From positions 465 to 64,464 of the forward strand of contig JAPLMA010000060.1 of assembly GCA_026387255.1 (NCBI GenBank): a DNA stretch of 64,000 nt, given 5' to 3'. Shown here piece after piece: positions 31,374-40,697 of the stretch. This DNA is from Candidatus Omnitrophota bacterium. Lineage in GTDB: Bacteria > Omnitrophota > Gorgyraeia > Gygaellales > Profunditerraquicolaceae. Made by a program: the position numbers and the translations under genes. Position 1 is the first letter of the stretch, and each line of letters begins with the position of its first letter. The notes under the pieces were generated by a model. That model was not told where the DNA came from, did no database searches, and was given only the letters and a program-made list of their open reading frames with translations.

Positions 31374-31426
31374 GATCTAAATTTGAGCAAATTTAGTTGA
31401 TCTAAATTTATCAAACTTTTGCATAA

Positions 31427-33235
31427 ATGAAAATATTAGGTATTTCATGTTTTTATCATGATAGCGCGGCTTGTATAGTGAGCGATGGTGAAATTATGGC
31501 TGCTGTGCAAGAGGAACGTTTTACGCGCAAAAAACATGACGCGAGTTTTCCTATAAACGCTATTCGTTATTGCCTCAAAGAGGCAGGGATTAGCGTGAAA
31601 GATCTAGATCTTGTTGCATTTTACGATAAGCCTTTTATTAAGTTTGAGCGTATCTTAGAAACCGCGCTTAGTTATGCCCCAAGTGGAATAAGCCAATTCA
31701 TCCAAGCGATTCCTGTTTGGCTGAAACAGAAACTGTGGGCTCTAGAGATAATCAGAAAAGATTTAGCTTTTAATGGGAAAATTGTTTTTACTGAGCATCA
31801 TGAAGCCCATGCTGCAAGTGCTTTTTATCCTTCTCCTTTTGTAGAAGCCGCGATATTAACTATAGATGGAGTAGGCGAGTGGGAGACGGCCAGCTTTGGT
31901 GTTGGTAAAGGCAATCACTTAGATATTCAGCAGTATCTCCGATTTCCAAATTCATTAGGTTTACTATATTCGGCGTTTACCTATTACGCGGGTTTTAAAG
32001 TAAATTCTGGAGAGTATAAGCTTATGGGGTTAGCTCCTTATGGCCGGCCGCTATATAAAGATATCATTCTTAAGGAGCTGATTGATTTAAAAGATGATGG
32101 TTCTTTTAAGATGAATATGAAATATTTTGGGTTTTGTAATAGTTTGCGCATGACAAATTCGCGTTTTAACCGTTTATTTGGTTTCCCACCCAGAAAGCCA
32201 GAGACAAAAATAACGCAAAAGTTTATGGATATGGCTGCTTCTATTCAGGAAGTAACAGAGGAAATTATGCTTAAGATGGCTGGGCATATTCATAAAGTTA
32301 CTGGTCAAGATAAGTTATGCCTTGCCGGAGGAGTGGCTTTAAATTGCGTAGGTAATGGCCGCATCTTGCGGGAAGGCCCATTTAAGGATATCTGGATACA
32401 ACCAGCAAGTGGAGACGCCGGTGGTGCGTTAGGCGCAGCGCTTCTAGTTTGGCACAAGTATTTGGATAATCACCGCTTTACTGATGGAGTTAATGATTCA
32501 CAAAAAGCTTCTTTGCTTGGCCCATCTTATAGTGATAATTATATTGAAAACTTTTTAAAGAAGCAGAGTATTCCTTATCGGCGCTTAGATTATAATGATA
32601 TTGTAGAAAAAGTTTCTAATTTTATTATTGCGGGCAAGGTTATTGGATGGTTTCAAGGGCGTATAGAGTTTGGGCCGCGAGCCTTAGGTGCAAGAAGCAT
32701 TATTGGTGATGCGCGTAATCCAGATATGCAATCTAAAATGAATATTAAGATAAAGCATCGCGAGTCTTTCCGGCCGTTTGCTCCGACGATCTTAAAGGAA
32801 GAAGTTTCACATTGGTTTGAATTAGACAAAGAAAGCCCTTATATGCTTTTAGTGGCCTGCGTAAAAAATGATAAAAGGCTAGAAGTTTCAGGTGATTTTA
32901 GTGGGTTTGATAAGCTAAAAACTGTGCGTTCATTGATTCCTGCGGTAACCCACGTAGATTATTCTGCCCGGGTGCAAACAATAAAAAAAACTGATCACCC
33001 ACTTTATTATGATCTGCTTCAATCATTTTTCAAGAAGACAGGTTGCCCGGTGATCATAAATACATCTTTTAACGAGAGGGGAGAACCTTTAGTTTTAACC
33101 CCTCAAGATGCCTATAAATGTTTTATGCGTACAGAGATTGATTATTTAATTTTAGGAAATTTCTTAATCGATAAATTAGATCAGCCGGGAACAAATAAAG
33201 ATCTCTCTGAGCAAAGTGAATTTGAATTAGACTAA
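31427..33235 (+). CDS. O-carbamoyltransferase (NodU/CmcH/SxtI family)
   Basis: HDSAA..EERFTRKKH, HHEAHAASAF, GEYKLMGLA, GPRALGARS, NTSFN. Confidence 0.93.
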   Translation: MKILGISCFYHDSAACIVSDGEIMAAVQEERFTRKKHDASFPINAIRYCLKEAGISVKDLDLVAFYDKPFIKFERILETALSYAPSGISQFIQAIPVWLKQKLWALEIIRKDLAFNGKIVFTEHHEAHAASAFYPSPFVEAAILTIDGVGEWETASFGVGKGNHLDIQQYLRFPNSLGLLYSAFTYYAGFKVNSGEYKLMGLAPYGRPLYKDIILKELIDLKDDGSFKMNMKYFGFCNSLRMTNSRFNRLFGFPPRKPETKITQKFMDMAASIQEVTEEIMLKMAGHIHKVTGQDKLCLAGGVALNCVGNGRILREGPFKDIWIQPASGDAGGALGAALLVWHKYLDNHRFTDGVNDSQKASLLGPSYSDNYIENFLKKQSIPYRRLDYNDIVEKVSNFIIAGKVIGWFQGRIEFGPRALGARSIIGDARNPDMQSKMNIKIKHRESFRPFAPTILKEEVSHWFELDKESPYMLLVACVKNDKRLEVSGDFSGFDKLKTVRSLIPAVTHVDYSARVQTIKKTDHPLYYDLLQSFFKKTGCPVIINTSFNERGEPLVLTPQDAYKCFMRTEIDYLILGNFLIDKLDQPGTNKDLSEQSEFELD

Positions 33236-33236
33236 A

Positions 33237-33635
33237 ATGGATAAACTTAAACTGGATAAAATAACTTTAAAACGCTTTGGGTTAACGATGGGGTGGGTTT
33301 TTTTAGCTTTTTGGGGTTTATTTTTCCTTAAGCAGAAATATGCTGTTGCGGGAAATAATCTTTTAGTTTCCTGCGTATTTTTTATAGTGGGATTAGTGCT
33401 TCCCGTTTTATTAAAGCCGATATATGTAATTTGGATGGGGTTTGCTTTTATCTTAGGTTGGATCAATACAAGAATCATCTTAATTATTTTGTTTTATTTA
33501 GTTTTCACACCGCTAGGCTTACTGATGCGTTTATTTAAGATTGATCTATTGAAAAGAAAAAAAAGTGACTCAACGTATTGGAAGAAGAAAGAGAAACTGG
33601 ATTTTAACATTTCGAACTACGAGAGGAGATTTTAG
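33237..33635 (+). CDS. SxtJ-family membrane protein
   Basis: LKRFG, WMGFAFILGW.NTRIIL..FYLVFTPLG, TYW; follows the carbamoyltransferase. Confidence 0.8.
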   Translation: MDKLKLDKITLKRFGLTMGWVFLAFWGLFFLKQKYAVAGNNLLVSCVFFIVGLVLPVLLKPIYVIWMGFAFILGWINTRIILIILFYLVFTPLGLLMRLFKIDLLKRKKSDSTYWKKKEKLDFNISNYERRF

Positions 33636-33639
33636 GTTG

Positions 33640-33798
33640 ATGAGTAAATTAAGCTTGTTAAAGGAATTTTGGGATTTCTTGAGCGTAAGAAAAAAATGGT
33701 GGTTAGCACCAATAATCGGAATGCTTCTATTGCTGGGGGCGCTTATTTTTTTTACGCAAAGTAGTGCGGTTGCGCCATTTATCTATACATTATTTTAA
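33640..33798 (+). CDS. SxtK/DUF5989-family small membrane protein
   Basis: RKKWWLAPII...SAVAPFIYTLF. Confidence 0.82.
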   Translation: MSKLSLLKEFWDFLSVRKKWWLAPIIGMLLLLGALIFFTQSSAVAPFIYTLF

Positions 33799-33885
33799 GG
33801 TATATAAGGTTTTATGATCTTAGGATAAGAGTCAGTTTTCTGTGCATGAACATGTTTGGAATGTTTTTTTTGAGGGTAAAGAGAT

Positions 33886-33953
33886 ATAAGTTTTAGCTTG
33901 CCAAAAATACCTAAAAATAGTAATATATAGTATTATTTTAGAAACGATTTTGC
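33886..33953 (+). repeat. Promoter-containing direct repeat, copy 2 (likely tRNA promoter)
   Basis: TTGCCA-17 bp-TAATAT; 85% identical to 31306-31373. Confidence 0.8.
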
Positions 33954-34024
33954 ATTAGCAAAACTGTGGACTCAGGGTCAAATTAGGTAACACTCGGAGT
34001 CAAAATTTACTGCGTAAATTTTTA

Positions 34025-34098
34025 GGGCCCATAGCTCAGTCGGTTAGAGCAGTTGACTCATAATCAATTGGTCCGGGGTTCGAGTCCCTGTGGGCCCA
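34025..34098 (+). tRNA. tRNA with CAT anticodon, probably tRNA-Ile2 (lysidine type)
   Basis: Cloverleaf with GGGCCCA/TGGGCCC, loop CT-CAT-AA, GGTTCGAGTCC; resembles ileX-type tRNAs and lacks initiator features; CCA not encoded. Confidence 0.88.
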
Positions 34099-34227
34099 TT
34101 AATAAGCTTGTTGGAACACAATTAGAACCCCGGAACAAAAAGGGGTGTGGGGAAAAATTTTCCCCACGTATTCGGGGTAACAGTCCCGATGGAACATCGG
34201 GACGCCATAGGGGCAGAGCCCCTTTGG

Positions 34228-34261
34228 CAATTGGTCCGGGGTTCGAGTCCCTGTGGGCCCA
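34228..34261 (+). repeat. Exact 34-bp copy of the tRNA-Ile2 3' part
   Basis: CAATTGGTCCGGGGTTCGAGTCCCTGTGGGCCCA equals 34065-34098, offset 163 bp. Confidence 0.95.
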
Positions 34262-34272
34262 GAATATATTAA

Positions 34273-34346
34273 GGGCGATTGGCTCAGTTGGTTAGAGCGC
34301 CACATTCACATTGTGGATGTCAGAGGTTCGAGTCCTCTATCGCCCA
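34273..34346 (+). tRNA. tRNA-Val (CAC)
   Basis: GGGCGAT/ATCGCCC acceptor, CCACA-TT CAC AT-TGTGG anticodon arm, T-loop TTCGAGT. Confidence 0.92.
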
Positions 34347-34401
34347 TTATTAAAAAATAAATGGTTGATTCGAGTTTTGTCACAATTGATTTTAACGGGA
34401 A

Positions 34402-34513
34402 TAGAGCGTCCGCCACTAAAACGTTGGCGGACGGGCGCCAAAGTATTAGTGGCGCCCGCCACATTCACATTGTGGATGTCAGAGGTTCGAGTCCTCTATC
34501 GCCCATTATTAAA
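34402..34513 (+). pseudogene. Partial tRNA-Val copy interrupted by a double-hairpin insert
   Basis: TAGAGCG + 48-bp insert (34409-34456) + 57 bp identical to 34298-34354 (offset 159 bp). Confidence 0.8.
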
Positions 34514-34521
34514 GGAGAAAA

Positions 34522-35241
34522 TTGGCAAACATAGATTTAAAAACCCAGATTATCAGTTTAGTAAAGTTACAAAAATTGGATAGCGAGATTTACGTTTTAG
34601 GAAATGAAAGAGCAGCTGCTCCACAAGAGATCAAGGCTTTAGAAGTAGCTTTTGAACTTAAAAAACAGGATCTCGTGACTTTGGAAAAGAAATCTTTAGA
34701 TTTACAAATTCAGCGTAAAGAAAAAGAACTCCAACTTGCCACAAATGCTGAAGGGGTAAAAAAACTTACCGGGCAGTTGTTCTCTTTAAAGACGAATAAA
34801 GAATTTCAACTTATGCAACAGCAGATTGCAGATGCTAAGGCCGATGGGGAGGTAATTGAAGAAAAAATTTTAATCTCTTTTGAGGAATCGGATGTAATCA
34901 AAGCGCAGATTGACTTAGAAAACTCGAAATTAAAGGATGGGGAAAAGATTTTTTTGCAGCAAAAGAAAATGATTGAATCTCGCAGCGAAGAAATAGGCGG
35001 CCGGTTAAACCAGCTAGATGCTCAAAGAAAACAGATTATTCCTGAGATCGATCCTAAAATGTTGCAGGAATATGAGAGAATTTTACATAGCCGGGATGGT
35101 TTAGCCATGGTTGCGGTCAAAGATAATTCTTGCGGGGGATGCCATATGTTAGTACCACCCCAGGTAATTAATTTGATTAAAATGTACGAACATATTATAA
35201 CTTGTGAAGTTTGTAACCGCATTTTGTATATTCAAGAATGA
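34522..35241 (+). CDS. Coiled-coil protein with C4-type zinc ribbon (DUF164/CT398-like)
   Basis: LQKLDSEI coiled coil, CGGCHM..CEVCNRILY. Confidence 0.85.
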   Translation: MANIDLKTQIISLVKLQKLDSEIYVLGNERAAAPQEIKALEVAFELKKQDLVTLEKKSLDLQIQRKEKELQLATNAEGVKKLTGQLFSLKTNKEFQLMQQQIADAKADGEVIEEKILISFEESDVIKAQIDLENSKLKDGEKIFLQQKKMIESRSEEIGGRLNQLDAQRKQIIPEIDPKMLQEYERILHSRDGLAMVAVKDNSCGGCHMLVPPQVINLIKMYEHIITCEVCNRILYIQE

Positions 35242-35654
35242 GTCATTTAGAAATTTACATTGATGGCGCATCCAAGGGTAACCCGGGGCATAGCGGGGTG
35301 GGAATAGTAATTTATCAAGAGGGTTTACGGATTAAGAAGATCTCAAATTATATCGGCACGGCTACGAACAATGTTGCTGAATACACCGCTCTAATTTATG
35401 CACTCGAAGAAGCATTATTATTAAAAGCTAAGAGTTTAAAAATTAATACCGATAGCCAGCTTTTAGCCCGGCAGTTAAATAAGATTTATAAAGTTAAACA
35501 TGCTGGTATTATAAATCTATATAATCGAGCGGTGCATCTTTTAACGGGTTTTGAAAAAGTTTTAATTAAACATATACCTCGAGAAGAGAACAGTTTGGCG
35601 GATAAATTGGCAACTGAAGCAGTTAAAGTAGCATTAGGGAAATCTTTGATATAA
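35238..35654 (+). CDS. rnhA: Ribonuclease HI family protein
   Basis: YIDGASKGNPG, TNNVAEY, DSQL, HIPREENSLADKLA. Confidence 0.88.
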   Translation: MSHLEIYIDGASKGNPGHSGVGIVIYQEGLRIKKISNYIGTATNNVAEYTALIYALEEALLLKAKSLKINTDSQLLARQLNKIYKVKHAGIINLYNRAVHLLTGFEKVLIKHIPREENSLADKLATEAVKVALGKSLI

Positions 35655-36043
35655 GCAGGCAGAAGGTGGCTGCCCGTTATTAATTTAATAACGGGAGGAA
35701 AGTCCGGGCTCCAGAGGATAACGTAATGGGTAACCCCCATCCCGTATATATAATGTATACGGAGGATTTCCGCCACAAATCGTGGTGGACTCGCCAATTT
35801 TTTTGGCGGGAGAGCCACAGAGACGAGTATCCGCGCAAGTGGAGAGGTGAAACGCGGCAATCTCTACGTGGAGCAAAGTAGAATAGGAGATGAGTGCTGA
35901 TCCAGCGCGTTTCCCGTTTTAGGCGGGAAGAAATCTCGGGTAAACTGCTAAAGTTACCGTGGTAACGCGGGAATTGAGAGGAATAGCCACTAATTGATGT
36001 GCAGGCAGGCATCAAGACAGAACCCGGCTTATTCTGCTTGCTT
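35653..36043 (+). ncRNA. rnpB: RNase P RNA (bacterial type A-like)
   Basis: GAGGAAAGTCCGGGCTCC, GCCACAGA, GGTGAAACGCGGCAA, GAGCAA, ACAGAACCCGGCTTAT; P1 AAGCAGGCAGAA/TTCTGCTTGCTT. Confidence 0.95.
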
Positions 36044-36081
36044 TAAATAAAAAGTAAAATAGGGAAAAATGAGGAGGAGTT

Positions 36082-36837
36082 ATGTCAGGTCATTCTAAAT
36101 GGAAGACAAATAAAGGTAAAAAAGGTATTGCCGATGCTAAACGCGGCGCTACTTTTACTAAGATTATTAAAGAATTAGTGGTCGTTGCCAGGGATGGCGG
36201 AGGAAATCCTGATTCTAATCCCCGGTTGCGGGCCATAATGGAAAAGGCTAAAAAAGCAAATATGCCGTCGGATAATGTAAAAATGGCCATTAAACGAGGA
36301 ACCGGAGAACTCCCTGGGATCGTTTATGAGGCAGTAATGTATGAAGCTTATGGGCCAGGCGGGGTAGCGATTTTGATTGATTCACTTACGGATAATAAAA
36401 ATCGTACTACTGCTGAGATACGAAATATTATGTCAAAAAAAGGCGGTAACATGGCCGGGGCCGGTTCGGTAAGCTGGATGTTTACGCAAAAAGGTTATGT
36501 CTCGGTGTCAAAAGACACTATCAAAGAGGATGAGTTGATGAATATTGTTCTGGATGCCGGAGCTGAAGATATGCAGCATGAAGGTGATGTTTATGAAATT
36601 TATACTTCGATTCAGGATTTGGAAAAGGTTAAACAAGCACTCCTGGATAAAAGTATTAAGTGGGTGGATGCGGAATTAACCATGATTCCATCATCAACGG
36701 TTAAGGTTACCGGACATGAAGCTAAGCAGGTTTTATCGTTAATAGAAACTCTGGAAGACCATGATGATGTGCAACAGGTATATGCTAATTTTGATATTCC
36801 GGATGAGATTTTAGATGAGGTTGCTTCTGAGGAATGA
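36082..36837 (+). CDS. yebC: YebC/PmpR family protein
   Basis: MSGHSKW, NPRLR, YGPGG, TDNKNRT, DDVQQVYANFD. Confidence 0.93.
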   Translation: MSGHSKWKTNKGKKGIADAKRGATFTKIIKELVVVARDGGGNPDSNPRLRAIMEKAKKANMPSDNVKMAIKRGTGELPGIVYEAVMYEAYGPGGVAILIDSLTDNKNRTTAEIRNIMSKKGGNMAGAGSVSWMFTQKGYVSVSKDTIKEDELMNIVLDAGAEDMQHEGDVYEIYTSIQDLEKVKQALLDKSIKWVDAELTMIPSSTVKVTGHEAKQVLSLIETLEDHDDVQQVYANFDIPDEILDEVASEE

Positions 36838-37316
36838 TTATCGTCGGGATTGATCCGGCTTTAGCCGTTAGCGGTTACGGTGTTATTCAGGTTAATAAAT
36901 CAACCCTGACTTTAATTGAGGCGGGGATAATAAAAACTCACGCCAAAGAATCTACCCCTGCGCGGTTGAATAGAATATACCGAGGGGTGCTCAAATTAAT
37001 TACTGATACTGGAGCGGATTGTTTGGTGCTGGAAAAAATATTTTCTCATTATAAGCATCCGGCTACTGCTTGTATTTTAGGCCAAGCCAGAGGAGTGATT
37101 TGTTTGGCAGCCTTTAGCTCAAAGCTGCCTTTTTTTGAATACTCGGCAACGCGCGTTAAGAAAGCGATCGTGGGAAAAGGATTGGCATCTAAAGCTCAGG
37201 TGCAAAGAATGGTTACGCATACTTTAGGATTAAAAACTTCTGTTTCTTATTTGGATGTTACTGATGCCTTGGCGTTAGCCATAGCGCATAGTTATATTAT
37301 GAAAGTAAAATTATGA
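36834..37316 (+). CDS. ruvC: Holliday junction resolvase
   Basis: GIDP, E..F, GQARGV, VKKAIVG.G.ASK.QV, DALALA. Confidence 0.93.
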   Translation: MIIVGIDPALAVSGYGVIQVNKSTLTLIEAGIIKTHAKESTPARLNRIYRGVLKLITDTGADCLVLEKIFSHYKHPATACILGQARGVICLAAFSSKLPFFEYSATRVKKAIVGKGLASKAQVQRMVTHTLGLKTSVSYLDVTDALALAIAHSYIMKVKL

Positions 37317-37936
37317 TTTCTCGAATTTCAGGCCGCGTTACGGAAAAAGGATCAAATTATCTAGTTTTGGATTTAAATGGACTAAGTTATGAAGTTTTTA
37401 TTCCTGCTTGTGTTATGCAGGGGCTGGATAGTGCGCTGGGTTCTAAGGGTGAGATTTCCCTGCTCACCTATCATTATTATCAGGTTGAACAAACCAAGAG
37501 CATACCTATTCTAATCGGTTTTCTAAACCAAGTAGAAAAAGATTTTTTCGAGATATTTATTACGGTTTCCGGTATTGGGCCGCGGGCGGCTTTGAAGGCT
37601 TTAAATAAGCCCATCTCTTTAATTGCCAAGGCGATTGATGAGGGTGATTTAGTTTCTTTAAAATCACTTCCCGGTATCGGTGAACAAAGAGCTAAAGAAA
37701 TCGTGGCTAAGCTTCAAAATAAAGTAGGTAAATTCGGCTTGATTCAAGACCGCACAAGTAAACAAAAGATTGCCGATAAAAATATATCTGAAGAAGCTTT
37801 AGATGTTTTATTGCAGCTGGAATACAAAAGGAACGAAGCCTTGGAAATGATTAAGAAAGTTTTGGAGATAAATTCTGGAATTAATTCCACGGAAGAATTA
37901 TTGAATTTAGTCTATAAACAAAAAAAACTTAAGTAG
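37313..37936 (+). CDS. ruvA: Holliday junction DNA-binding protein
   Basis: MISRISG, VSGIGPRAAL, LPGIGEQRA. Confidence 0.92.
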   Translation: MISRISGRVTEKGSNYLVLDLNGLSYEVFIPACVMQGLDSALGSKGEISLLTYHYYQVEQTKSIPILIGFLNQVEKDFFEIFITVSGIGPRAALKALNKPISLIAKAIDEGDLVSLKSLPGIGEQRAKEIVAKLQNKVGKFGLIQDRTSKQKIADKNISEEALDVLLQLEYKRNEALEMIKKVLEINSGINSTEELLNLVYKQKKLK

Positions 37937-37944
37937 AAAGAAAA

Positions 37945-38553
37945 ATGGAAGAGAATAACTTAAAATCAGTGATTGAAGCTTTAATCTTTGCCTCCGAAAA
38001 GCCCATTACCACGGAGCAAATAAAAAAAGTTTTAGATAACTTAGATTCCTTGAGTGTAAACAAGATTATTACGGAATTAAAAAATGATTACCAGGCACAG
38101 TCTAGAGGCCTGCGGATAGTTGAGATTGCGGGTGGATTTCAGATGACTACCTGTAGTGATTTTGCTCCGTTCTTAAAAAAACTTTTTAAAAATCGCTATA
38201 GCGATAAGTTGTCTAAGCCTGCTTTGGAATCTCTGGCGATTATTGCCTATAAGCAGCCGCTCACTAAAAGCGAGATTGAATCTTTGAGAAATGTAAATGT
38301 TGACGGAGTGATGAAAAGCCTGATTGATAAAAATTTAATTCGTATTTGCGGTAGAAAGAAGATTCCTGGCCGCCCATTTGTATATGGCACTACCCGGGAA
38401 TTTCTGGAGCATTTTGGCTTAAAATCTCTTACCGATCTGCCAAAGATGGAAGATTTTACAGTCTTAGCTCAAGAGAAAGAAGCCCAAGTTGATATTGAGC
38501 CAATTACCCAAGGAGATCTGGAGGTTAAAAATGAGTCTGGAAAAATTGCGTAA
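37945..38553 (+). CDS. scpB: SMC-Scp complex subunit ScpB
   Basis: IEALIF, LESLAIIAYKQP, GRPFVYGTT.EFLEHFGL..L.DLP. Confidence 0.93.
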   Translation: MEENNLKSVIEALIFASEKPITTEQIKKVLDNLDSLSVNKIITELKNDYQAQSRGLRIVEIAGGFQMTTCSDFAPFLKKLFKNRYSDKLSKPALESLAIIAYKQPLTKSEIESLRNVNVDGVMKSLIDKNLIRICGRKKIPGRPFVYGTTREFLEHFGLKSLTDLPKMEDFTVLAQEKEAQVDIEPITQGDLEVKNESGKIA

Positions 38554-39592
38554 AAGAATTGATCTGCTTGATCAAAAATTAATTAATTTATTAAATCTAC
38601 GCGCTGCGGTAACTAAAGATATCGGCAAAATTAAAATTAATAGCGGAAAAAATATTTACGTGCCGGAAAGAGAGATACAGGTATTAAATAGGATTGCTGG
38701 TTTAAATAAAGGGCCTTTAAAAAAAAGTGCATTGGAAGCGATTTATCGTGAGGTAATGAGTGCTAGCTTAGCATTGGAAAAACCATTAAAGATTGCTTAT
38801 CTTGGCCCGCAGGCGAGTTTTACTCATCTCGCCGCGATTAAAAAATTTGGTTCACAGGTTAGTTATGTCGCCTGTAATAGTATTACGGATGTTTTTTCGG
38901 AGGTGGAAAAGGGTGGCGCGGATTATGGTGTGGTGCCTATAGAAAATTCAATTGAGGGGGCAGTGAGTTATACTCTGGATGTTTTTGTGGATTCTGAATT
39001 AAAGATTTGTTCGCAGATAATCTTAGAAGTAACCCATAATCTACTCGCTAACTGTGCAAAGAACAAGATTCGTAATGTTTATTCGATTCCTCAAGTTTTC
39101 GGGCAGTGCCGTATCTGGTTGCAGAAGAATTTACCCAATGCCCAATTGGTGGATGTTTCTAGCACTACGCGCGGCGCAGAAATGGCTAAAAAAGAAAAAT
39201 CTAGCGCCGCGATTGCTTCGCTTCTGGCTTCTAAGGTTTATGGCCTAAAAGTGTTGGCCAGCGGTATTCAAGACTCTGCGCATAATGTCACCCGCTTTCT
39301 GGTGGTGGGTAGAAATATTGCCACCCGTACAGGGAAAGATAAGACAAGTTTGTTTTTTTTGATTAAAGACCGGGTAGGCGCTTTATATGAAATGCTCCTG
39401 CCGTTTCGTAAATACGGGGTTAATCTTACTAAAATCGAATCCCGGCCTTCAAAGAAGAAGGCTTGGGAGTATTATTTTTTTGTAGATATTTTGGGTCACC
39501 AGGATGATGCTTTAATCAAAAAAGCACTAAAGGAATTAGAGCGTAAGTGTAGTTATTTAAAAATATTAGGTTCTTATCCGATTGGAGAATAA
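38531..39592 (+). CDS. pheA: Chorismate mutase / prephenate dehydratase
   Basis: LRKRID CM domain, VPIENSIEG, NVTRF, NLTKIESRP, ACT domain; ATG 38531. Confidence 0.94.
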   Translation: MSLEKLRKRIDLLDQKLINLLNLRAAVTKDIGKIKINSGKNIYVPEREIQVLNRIAGLNKGPLKKSALEAIYREVMSASLALEKPLKIAYLGPQASFTHLAAIKKFGSQVSYVACNSITDVFSEVEKGGADYGVVPIENSIEGAVSYTLDVFVDSELKICSQIILEVTHNLLANCAKNKIRNVYSIPQVFGQCRIWLQKNLPNAQLVDVSSTTRGAEMAKKEKSSAAIASLLASKVYGLKVLASGIQDSAHNVTRFLVVGRNIATRTGKDKTSLFFLIKDRVGALYEMLLPFRKYGVNLTKIESRPSKKKAWEYYFFVDILGHQDDALIKKALKELERKCSYLKILGSYPIGE

Positions 39593-40697
39593 ACTAAAAG
39601 TGAAAGCATTAATTCGTAAAAGTGTTTTAGGCGTGAATCCTTATCTTCCCGGTAAACCAATCGAGGAAACCAAACGGCAGTTAGGATTAAAAGAGGTGAT
39701 TAAGTTGGCTTCCAATGAAAATCCATGGGGTCCGTCACCAAAAGCGATAAGTGCGATTAAAAGATCTTTGTCCGGAATTAACCGTTACCCGGATGCTCAA
39801 GGATTTTATTTAAAAAAACGTTTGGCTAAATTTTTTGGATTAATTCCAGGAAATTTTGTTTTAGGTAATGGTTCGGATGAGTTGATTGATATAGTGATTA
39901 AGACTTTTATGGAGGCGGATGAAAATATTGTTACTTCCGAAGGCACTTTTTTAGAATATGAGATTATTGCCCAAGTTAATGATCGTAAAGTTAAAAAAGC
40001 ACCATTATGCTATTTTAAATATGATTTGGGGGCAATGTTAAAGCTAGTGGATAAAAAGACAAAGTTGGTTTTTATTGCCAATCCCAATAATCCCACCGGA
40101 ACCTATGTTAGTAAAAATGAGGTTGCCCAATTTATAAATGCGCTACCGGAAGGAGTGGTGGTTGTTTTTGATGAAGCTTATGATACATTTATCGACGTAG
40201 ATGATTATCCGGATTCTTTGAGCTATCTAAAAAATAAAAAAAAGATTATTATCCTACGGACATTTTCTAAAGCCTACGGTTTAGCCGGGTTGCGTTTGGG
40301 TTACGCGATTGCCGCACCACAGCTAGTAACTTACCTGGAACGCATTCGACAGCCGTTTAATGTTAATCTTTTAGCTCAGGTGGCCGGATTAGCCGCTTTA
40401 GAGGATAAAGTTTTTCTAAGCAAAACCCGCCGCCTAACTTTAGAGGGTAAAGATTTTATGTACCAGGAGCTCTCTAGAATGGGTTTAAGATATGTGCCTT
40501 CAGTAACAAATTTTATTTTAATCGATGTAGGGCGCAATAGCCAAGAGATATTTAAGGCTTGCCTTAAGTTTGGAGTGATTATCCGGGAAATGCGCCAATA
40601 TGGCTTGACTAATTTTATCCGTGTAACTATCGGCACCCAAAAAGAAAATAAAAAATTCCTGAGTGTTTTAAGCAAAATTATAAAGGAGTCAAACTAA
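39582..40697 (+). CDS. hisC: Histidinol-phosphate aminotransferase
   Basis: KLASNENP, GNGSDE, NPNNPTG, DEAY, RTFSKAYGLAGLR; start uncertain (GTG 39600 possible). Confidence 0.92.
   Translation: MENKLKVKALIRKSVLGVNPYLPGKPIEETKRQLGLKEVIKLASNENPWGPSPKAISAIKRSLSGINRYPDAQGFYLKKRLAKFFGLIPGNFVLGNGSDELIDIVIKTFMEADENIVTSEGTFLEYEIIAQVNDRKVKKAPLCYFKYDLGAMLKLVDKKTKLVFIANPNNPTGTYVSKNEVAQFINALPEGVVVVFDEAYDTFIDVDDYPDSLSYLKNKKKIIILRTFSKAYGLAGLRLGYAIAAPQLVTYLERIRQPFNVNLLAQVAGLAALEDKVFLSKTRRLTLEGKDFMYQELSRMGLRYVPSVTNFILIDVGRNSQEIFKACLKFGVIIREMRQYGLTNFIRVTIGTQKENKKFLSVLSKIIKESN

Noticed and set aside
31427-33798. Saxitoxin biosynthesis cluster
   Set aside because: Only the widespread carbamoyltransferase-SxtJ-SxtK-like trio is present; no sxtA/sxtG or other pathway genes
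34025-34513. Prophage or integrative island at the tRNAs
   Set aside because: The att-like repeats enclose only about 100-130 bp of non-coding DNA; no integrase or phage genes in the window
34053-34583. ORFs over the tRNA region, including one with a repeated peptide
   Set aside because: They are translations of tRNA genes and their duplicated ends
35486-36015. Minus-strand ORFs over rnpB
   Set aside because: Antisense to RNase P RNA and rnhA
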